Positions 56,936 through 64,000 of a stretch of DNA of 64,000 bases are shown here, piece by piece. Positions within the stretch are counted from its first letter, which is position 1, and the number at the start of each line of letters is the position of its first letter. The translations under genes and the position numbers were made by a program. Below the pieces are notes generated by a model. The model had not been told where the DNA came from and made no database searches. It worked only from the letters and a program-made list of their open reading frames with translations. The DNA comes from Paramoeba atlantica (Eukaryota; Protista; Discosea): positions 186,001 to 250,000 of the forward strand of contig CDRNVI010000054.1 of the NCBI GenBank assembly GCA_977017575.1. Reading direction: 5' to 3'.

Positions 56936-58801
56936 TTAGATAATTTTATATAAGCTAGAAAGCTCTCGAAAAGTTCTAGAAATAGTACTGGTAAAAACGG
57001 AGCACATAATTGTGGCGCAATATTTTTCGCTCCATCCATGGATGTATAGTCGCTGGCAGTATCTGCCGGTACCTGGACGTAATTTTTGAAAGCAAAAAAG
57101 GCCGTTTACAGACTCTCCAATGTTCCAGGGTCTGGGCAACATTTGTGGCCATTGGCTTACCTATCATGTCAGAAAATTTTTCAGGGCAGCATAGAGATCT
57201 TTGCATGAATCAAGGAAGCTGAGACATTCTCTTCGAAGCGCTTCTGTTCCGTGTTCTTCCAACAATACTTGGCAATGCCGAATAGATTTACCTACGTCGC
57301 ATGCTTCCACGGAATCTAAGTTCTCAGAAAGAATTTTCATACACGTGAACTTATCTTGACACCAACGTGTCACACCGCCTTTGGCGTAGCTACGGACTTT
57401 CTACTCTTTGCTAAATTCACCGCTTCCAGAACCATGGGTGCCCCCTGTACCAACAGTTCGTCTTTAGCTGCCCATTGAATATTCGGGACGGTCGATTTTT
57501 CTACGAGAGACCCTGCTTCTTGAGGCGCTACATTTTTTAACGTTTCAGGGCTTAATAATATCTTATGTTCAAGGACGGCTTTAAACCTCGTGGGAGTTGT
57601 TTCCTTTAATCCCCAGTAACCTTGCTTCAGAGACTTTTCGGCTTCAAGAACCTCTTCATCAAACTTTGCCAACCAAAATTCGAGTACTTGACCTCTGTAT
57701 TTTCCCTTTATAACACTGGATTTTCCCCCGGACCAAAAGGCGAGAGAAAAACTCTTTTTGAAGAGAAAGGAGGGCTTCGATTCATAAGATTTCAGGGATG
57801 ACTTGCAAACATTATTTAGCATATGCCCGATACACGACAACAGAGTTATTTTTGGAAATTGTCTCTCGATTTCTCTCTCGAAATTGGCAACGCCATGGTC
57901 TCCAACGGGATGTACTCTCTTAAGATATCCTTCCGAATACTCACGAGCAACATGGTTAACGGTACTGCCGTCGACCATTAAGAAACTTAGCTTCAGCAAC
58001 CTCTCTTCTCCTAGAACAACACGGAGACTTGTAATCAAACCTTCGGCGGTTGTTTTTCTATTGAAGGCCTGATGCTTCGGGGAGTATATCGGGGGGAGTA
58101 CATATTCTTTAGCTCCCACGTAAAGAACATTTAATTAAATATGTTCTGATTTGTTTCGATCGATTCCCGCGTCACATGCTATGCCAAAAAAAACATGACT
58201 GTCTATGTCAATGCGCAGCATACTCCACACCTCATCTGCGAGTCTGCCCTCGGCTGCATGCAATACAGCGGGACTTGAAGTGAATTGCTCAAGGAACTGA
58301 GTTGGTGTCATGCTACGGGGCCAGAGCTCCACAAGAGAACGCACAAACCAGATAAATTGAGATGAAGGTTGGCTCGTCAACGTATAAAGACATGGTAGAA
58401 CCTTCTGACAGAAAACATTTATTTGTAAAATTGAAATTCGGTTCGCGCTCGTTTGATCACTTTTTTGCTTTCGCTTTTCACACTCTTTTTTGTGGACTAG
58501 GTAGTTTTTTGATCGACAATGAGAAGACCATTTACATCCCTCTGTTTTGTATTCAAAGTGACATAACTGCCCCATGCCATGGTCAGTCATACTCGTGATC
58601 AGGCGTATACTCGTGATCGTGAGGACAGTCAGAAGCGCATTGAACAACTTTAAAAGAATCCGGGAGAGAATTTGCGGTCATTACGTAGCGCGACGCGAGC
58701 TCTCGGCGAGTTGCTGGTGACGGCTGAGTCGGTGAACCCGTATTAGCATCTGAATTGGGTGCAACTTCACTTGAAGCGCGTCGCTTTTTTAAACGACCCA
58801 T
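56936..58801 (-). pseudogene. hAT-like transposase, fragmented
   Basis: Cys/His-rich N-terminus, FGIACDAGID (first Asp), LMVDGSTVN (second Asp), SCIGHMLNNV (CxxH). Confidence 0.55.
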
Positions 58802-58988
58802 ATGATAGTGTTTGGATTAACTCTTAGAAAGAAAGAAAAACTACTAGTAGGATTAAGACGACTACATTATGTATAGTCAAGTTCTATATATTTACCATTT
58901 TTTGAGCGAGTACGGCGAGTACGGTACTCTAGTACCGTACTCACTTGCTCGCACAATGTATGTATATTACAATTCCTTTGCATACATC

Positions 58989-59094
58989 GTGCCAGGCTAG
59001 ACAAGGCGTTTACTACGCCGAGAAAACGGGACGTTACTCAGTCCCAAGTAGGATGCTCCTAATGGGAAGACGTAACGTCCTCATTTTTTCCCAG
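58989..59094 (+). other. Diverged homolog of the YR element junction/ICR hairpin
   Basis: GTGCCAGGC.AG.CAAGGCG..TTTACTACGCC.GAGA and CCTCATT are conserved with 23296-23393; stems show compensatory changes. Confidence 0.7.
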
Positions 59095-59216
59095 AACTGA
59101 CAAATACATGATGTAAGTAGGAGGGGGCGGTGACAATTATGTAGAGGGGGGACAGTGCATTGTAATACATGATTTAGAGAAATTATGAGGGTAATTCTGT
59201 GCATTAATTTTTATAC

Positions 59217-60053
59217 ATGTTAGACATTAATTCCTGGGAGCTTAGTTCTTTTACAGGAGCTTTTCACAACCGTGACGAGATTGACGAGGGAGGAAAAATA
59301 ATTCTCCCCAATTCTGTTATGGTCCGGTTGAGCGCGGCTCCTACTCTGCGCTCTCCAATGCTTTTTCGCATTGAGAATCTCCCTGCCTCAGACGGAAACG
59401 CCGACCCCGCGGTCTCTACAGACGCATGTGCCACGCACTGCGGAGTGCTTGAATTTACCGCAGAGGAGGGGACATGTACGATTCCGCTCTGGGTGTATAC
59501 GCAGCTGGGGTTGGGTGTCGGAGAAAATGTGCGCGTTACGCTAGTGGAACTTCAACATGGGAACTTTGTGCGATTACGTCCTCAGGAGAGTGAATTTCTT
59601 CGTCTGTCTAACCCTCGGATTGTGCTAGAGCGATTTCTTTCCCGTTTCAGCGCACTCACTGTGGGTGATGTTCTTCAGTTGAAGTACAACAAGAAACTGT
59701 ACCTATTGCACGTCGATGGGTTGACAGCTAAATACAAGGGACGGAATGTAGCACAGAATGCGGTGTGTATCGTGGAAACCGACGTTGAGGTGGAATTCCT
59801 TCCTGCGTTATTCGACTCCGAGGGTACGGCTAGTTCAGAGAAGATGGTTTCCACGTCCAGCACACAGGAGTCAAGAGACGCCGATGTGAATCCTGCGGGG
59901 CCCTCTTTTTCACACATAAATTTCCTTGCACCCTCGGAAAACGCACGAGCTGCTGCCTTCTACAAGTCGCAAACCATTCCAAACAAAACTGACTCATCAC
60001 CCGCAACGGAGGAACCAAAATTCCCAGGCCAAGGAAGAAAGCTATCGGACTAG
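59217..60053 (+). CDS. UFD1: Ubiquitin fusion degradation protein 1
   Basis: GGKIILPNS, PMLFRI, THCGVLEFTAEEG, RLRPQ, VETDVEVEF, C-terminal FPGQGRKL. Confidence 0.93.
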   Translation: MLDINSWELSSFTGAFHNRDEIDEGGKIILPNSVMVRLSAAPTLRSPMLFRIENLPASDGNADPAVSTDACATHCGVLEFTAEEGTCTIPLWVYTQLGLGVGENVRVTLVELQHGNFVRLRPQESEFLRLSNPRIVLERFLSRFSALTVGDVLQLKYNKKLYLLHVDGLTAKYKGRNVAQNAVCIVETDVEVEFLPALFDSEGTASSEKMVSTSSTQESRDADVNPAGPSFSHINFLAPSENARAAAFYKSQTIPNKTDSSPATEEPKFPGQGRKLSD

Positions 60054-60287
60054 AAAATACCTGCTCTACATTGGAAGCGTCAAATTAGAACTTTTCCTGT
60101 ATGTCACACGTCGGGGCTCATTCTTTTGCACAAAATCATGTTTTTAAGGGTTTTTATGAGATTTGAAGCGTATGATGATCATACGCTCGAATCATTGACT
60201 CGAAGACTCAGAAAAGTTCTATTGTTGTTTCTATTGTTTTTTCGACGCTTCTACTAAGCTTTTTAAGTTTTCGTATCCCATCTATGC

Positions 60288-60737
60288 ATGGCCGAGTCCA
60301 TCACCCACGATCAAATAGCAGAATTTAAGGAGGCGTTTTCCCTCTTTGATAAGGACGGAGATGGCATCATCAGTACCAAGGATCTTGGATCGGTGCTCCG
60401 GGCCGTGGGTCAGAACCTTGCTGAGGAAGAACTCCAGGACATGATCAAGGAGATCGACCACGACGGATCCCATACCATGGACTTTGCGGAATTCCTTACA
60501 TTAATGGCTCGCGCAATGTACAGCAACACCGCCGAAGAGAGACTTCTGCAAGCGTTTCAAGTGCTCGACGACAACCAAGATGGATACATTACCGCTGAGG
60601 AGTTACGCGAGGTGATGTCTTCGTTTGGGGAGACTCTCACGGAGGCGGAGGTGGAGTACATGATGAAGGAAGCCGATGTCGATGGGGATGGTAGAATCGA
60701 CTACAAAGAGTTCTGCGCAGTGATGCTTGCCAAATGA
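60288..60737 (+). CDS. CaM: Calmodulin-like protein (149 aa, four EF-hands)
   Basis: [15 protein letters not shown]...[17 protein letters not shown]...[14 protein letters not shown]; more divergent than canonical calmodulin. Confidence 0.9.
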   Translation: MAESITHDQIAEFKEAFSLFDKDGDGIISTKDLGSVLRAVGQNLAEEELQDMIKEIDHDGSHTMDFAEFLTLMARAMYSNTAEERLLQAFQVLDDNQDGYITAEELREVMSSFGETLTEAEVEYMMKEADVDGDGRIDYKEFCAVMLAK

Positions 60738-61105
60738 GAATGTAGCTCTGCGATCGTGAAAAGTCTTCGATGATTGTGTTCAACCCCCTTTCTTGTAAAT
60801 GCTAACAACCCACCCATTGCTTTCTCACCTATGGAGCCTATCCCTCTCTATTTCAAATTACCCTCTGATTTCTTGTTCCCTACCCCTCTACATGTATTTA
60901 AAAACAAAATCCTGTTAAAGAGAACATAGCAAAGAAAATACGCTTGTACATACACTTATAAAAAACACTTGTACCCTACACTTGTAGAAACTCCACCAGT
61001 TCCCCAAGAAAATATACCCGTTCCCTTTATCCCCTTCCCACCCTCTCTCCACTTTTTCCCCTCTCCTCCCCTCTTCTCTTCTCCCCTCTCCTCTCCTCCC
61101 TCCCC

Positions 61106-61376
61106 ATGACCCTCCCCCCCACCCCTCTCCCCTCCCTTCCCCCCCACCCCCTCCCCCTCACCCCCCGTCCCCCACCCCCAGCCACCTCCCCCACCCCCTC
61201 CGGTGACCCACGCTACCACCACGAGCGTACCTCCTTCTGGAGCCCCCGGGACAACCCCCTCACCGGTCCCTCTATGGGGGGCACAACAACAACAACAACA
61301 ACCACTACTACTACTACTACTACCACAACAGTACCCCGTTGTCTTGTCTACTCCCCGTATCTCTCTACGACTACGG

Positions 61377-61409
<33 letters not shown>

Positions 61410-63124
61410 CTACGACGACGACACCCCCCGTACTCACCGTCGTCTATGACTACCACATCTGCTCCTACCCGATGGGGGGTACCGGTACGCACGGGAGTAG
61501 TGGTCGTAGGGGTAGTGGTGGTAGTGGTAGTAGTACCACTACGAGTACTCCTACCGGTTTCCGTGCCTCCTCCAGCACCCGCTACCACAGTCTACGCTAC
61601 CGCGACCCCGATGGGGGGCTGGTGGTGTACACCGTCGGGGGGAGGGGGCAGGTGAGTGTGGCACGGGCAGGGGGAGGGGGGGGAGTAGAAGGAGTACGCG
61701 GGGACACGAACCGTGCCCTGTCCACGGCCTCGGTGCCGTATGAGGGCGGGGGCACGGGCTCGGGTTCCTCCTGTGGGGTACTGCGGAACTGGTGGGTCCA
61801 TACAGGGGTGGTCGCGGGGGCGTGCTTTATGGCGAGCCGTACCACGGTGGCGTCGTGGGGGGCCCAGGACCGGGCTATGGTGTGGGGGGACGTGCCGACG
61901 GGGGAGGTGGTGGGGAGGGTGGCGGAGGCCCACGGGGAGCGGATCACGTGGGGGGATAACCACCCCGTCGAGGGGGGGGTGCTGGTGACGGGGGCCGCGG
62001 ATGGGGGGGTGAGGGTGTGGGATAGCCGCGTGGGCGGGGGGGAGTGGGGGAAAAGTGCAGCGGTGGCGAGCTGGGACGTAAGGGGGGGCGGGGAACGGAG
62101 GCGAGACGCGGGGGGGCTAGCGTTGGAGGGGGTACAGACCGTACAATATGGTATCGACCCGACGTACTTCTATGTAGGGACCTCTAGTGGGGTGGTGCAA
62201 AAGTTTGACACCCGGGTAGGAAGTTCAGCAGTGGTCCCGTTGGCGAATTCAGCGGGTTGTCCGATCGGGTGCGTTTCTCAGATCGCTGCGCATAGTAAAG
62301 CGATCACAGACATGCGTGTGTTCTGTGGGAAGGTTCCAGGGACCAGTACAGTGCTGCCACGGCTGCTTACGGTCGGGCTGGACCACCGGCTGTGTGTGTT
62401 GGACACGGACAACGACCTCGCGTTGGTGTTTGCCCCTCCCCGGTTTGAGTCCCCACTGTGCGCGGTGGCGATTGCCCCTGGGGGTGTGGAGATGGCACTC
62501 GGGATGCAGAATGGCACGTTACTCCGTCGGCCATTGGGAAACGCCTGTGAGGCTGACGAAGAGCGGGAGGAAGCTCAGGGAGCCGGGGGCATGCGGAAAA
62601 AAGCAAAGCATTGGACGGATGCTCTGGCGTGGGAGGGAAAACAAGCCGCCTCGGGGGTGAAGGAAAAGGCGTATGACCGTTTGTTGCGTAGTTTCTCCCA
62701 TCGCCAGGCTTTGTTGGAGGTATTGCGGCGGAGGAAGGAGAAAAATGTGCTGCGGAAGGAAAAGTCCGGACAGAGAACGAACCGTGCGCAATCGGCTGAG
62801 GGGAATGAAGACATGGTGTATGTGATGTTGGAGGAATTATTTCGTCGCGGGGCGCTACGCATTGCTCTGGCGGGGTGGGATGAGGATGAGCTCTTGTTGC
62901 TACTGGAGTATGCCAAAGGCAATGTTCGTCAGCGTGCGCAATCCACGCTCTTGCTTACTGTTCTGGAAGTAGTGAACGAGATTTACTGTGAAGAGCTTGT
63001 TCAGAGCACAAAACTTATGAGGGTCATGTTTCTATTGTTACAGGAACTGCAAAATCATACAAAGAACATATGTGAAATGGAGAGCGTGGCGGCTGCTTTG
63101 GATCTCGTTATGGAATCATCTTAG
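61106..63124 (+). CDS. UTP15: UTP15-like WD40 small-subunit processome protein; start codon uncertain
   Basis: WD40 repeats (LVTGAADGGVRVWD, AAHSKAIT); C-terminal YDRLLRSFSH...MLEELFRRGALRIALAGWDEDEL typical of UTP15_C. Confidence 0.82.
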
Positions 63125-63321
63125 TTTTATGTGACGATCTTAGTGTTTTACAACACATTTTTTTTGATCTTGAATACCAAGCCCTTTGAGTAAAGGTTTT
63201 AATCGAAGGTAAAAGAGGTTCATTATTTTGGCGCAATGTTGTTCAAATGATATTTTCTCCTTTTTTTGTTCTCGTTTTACGTTTTATCAACTACGATTTC
63301 TCCATACGAAGAGAAGTTCTC

Positions 63322-64000
63322 ATGACCCTCCTCAGTTATTATCCGTCTGTCATCGTTGTTCGCACGGCAGAGTTCGACCCCCCTTCCCAACGCGCATCAA
63401 AGGTACGTGGAATGGCTTTGCCCCAGGAATATGACTTATCGCGTGTGGTCCGTGAAATTGAAAACCGGCACTCTACCTGGACGACAGACACCCCGGTGTG
63501 TGAGTGGGCGGGAGTGAGTTGCAACGATCTACAAACCAAGGCTTTTTTTATCAATTGGGTGCAAATCTACAACCTTTCTGGAGGTATTCACCTTGAATAT
63601 TCCCCTCCCAGTCTTATTCGTTTCTTCGTCTCATGGAATCAGCTTTCAGGAGAAGCCAACTTTGCGCATTTACCACCCATGCTAATGGAACTCGATCTCG
63701 CACACAATCACATGGTGGGGCGCCCAGATTTGACACAACTTCCCCAAACGATCAATGTTTTGCGACTGAATGACAACAGATTCAGCGGCGAGATCTGCCT
63801 AACCAAGCTCCCGCCGTACCTTACAAATCTTCTACTGGACCAAAACTCTTTCAGTGGTACTCCAGATTTGGAATTGTTACCTGTAACATTGCGGTACCTC
63901 CATTTGGACGGCAATAAATTTTCCGGCACTGCGAAGTTGAACCATCCACGGTTGACACTGGTCTACAGTGATAATGATGGGCTTGAGATTGAGTTCGACA
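63322..64000 (+). CDS. Leucine-rich repeat protein, 3' end outside the window
   Basis: Manual translation is open from ATG 63322: WTTDTPVCEWAGVSC cap, then repeats of the form LPxxLxxLxLxxNxFSG. Confidence 0.88.
   Translation, partial: MTLLSYYPSVIVVRTAEFDPPSQRASKVRGMALPQEYDLSRVVREIENRHSTWTTDTPVCEWAGVSCNDLQTKAFFINWVQIYNLSGGIHLEYSPPSLIRFFVSWNQLSGEANFAHLPPMLMELDLAHNHMVGRPDLTQLPQTINVLRLNDNRFSGEICLTKLPPYLTNLLLDQNSFSGTPDLELLPVTLRYLHLDGNKFSGTAKLNHPRLTLVYSDNDGLEIEFD

Noticed and set aside
60956-61588. - strand 210 aa ORF and other short ORFs antisense to RT, transposase or host genes
   Set aside because: Shadow frames of low-complexity or coding sequence with no recognisable motifs.

Overview
This is eukaryotic DNA, most likely from a kinetoplastid-type euglenozoan. 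That assignment is an inference from a kinetoplastid-like spliced-leader (SL) exon, consensus (A)AACTTTAACGATAAAGATACAGTTTCTGTACCTTGTTG, and from intronless co-oriented genes; a Perkinsela-like prokinetoplastid is plausible but unproven. Positions 1 to about 58.9 kb are a nested cluster of mostly decayed mobile elements: CRE/SLACS-like and HERO/NeSL-like RLE non-LTR retroelements, RTE-like APE elements (one with RNase H), VIPER- and TATE-like tyrosine-recombinase (YR) retroelements, and Tc1/mariner, Merlin and hAT-like DNA transposons with MITEs. The last 5 kb hold + strand host genes: UFD1, a calmodulin-like gene, UTP15 and a partial LRR gene. Two signals stand out. (1) DNA copies of the SL exon occur at eight loci, each forming the 5' head of a retroelement or short non-coding element from different clades. 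(2) A roughly 12 kb VIPER-like YR retroelement (12702-24769) sits exactly inside one SL copy and splits it at a shared CA core. It carries an inverted internal copy of its joined 3'+5' ends (circle junction/ICR, 23271-23432) upstream of gag, which suggests an SL-exon-targeted recombinase retroelement. Also notable are tandem 2A-like GGVExNPGP motifs and ubiquitin-like segments in a CRE ORF, repeated Mer3/HFM1-like Cys/His motifs in the RLE elements, and structured SL-headed short elements. All family assignments come from motif recognition by eye; no database search was run.
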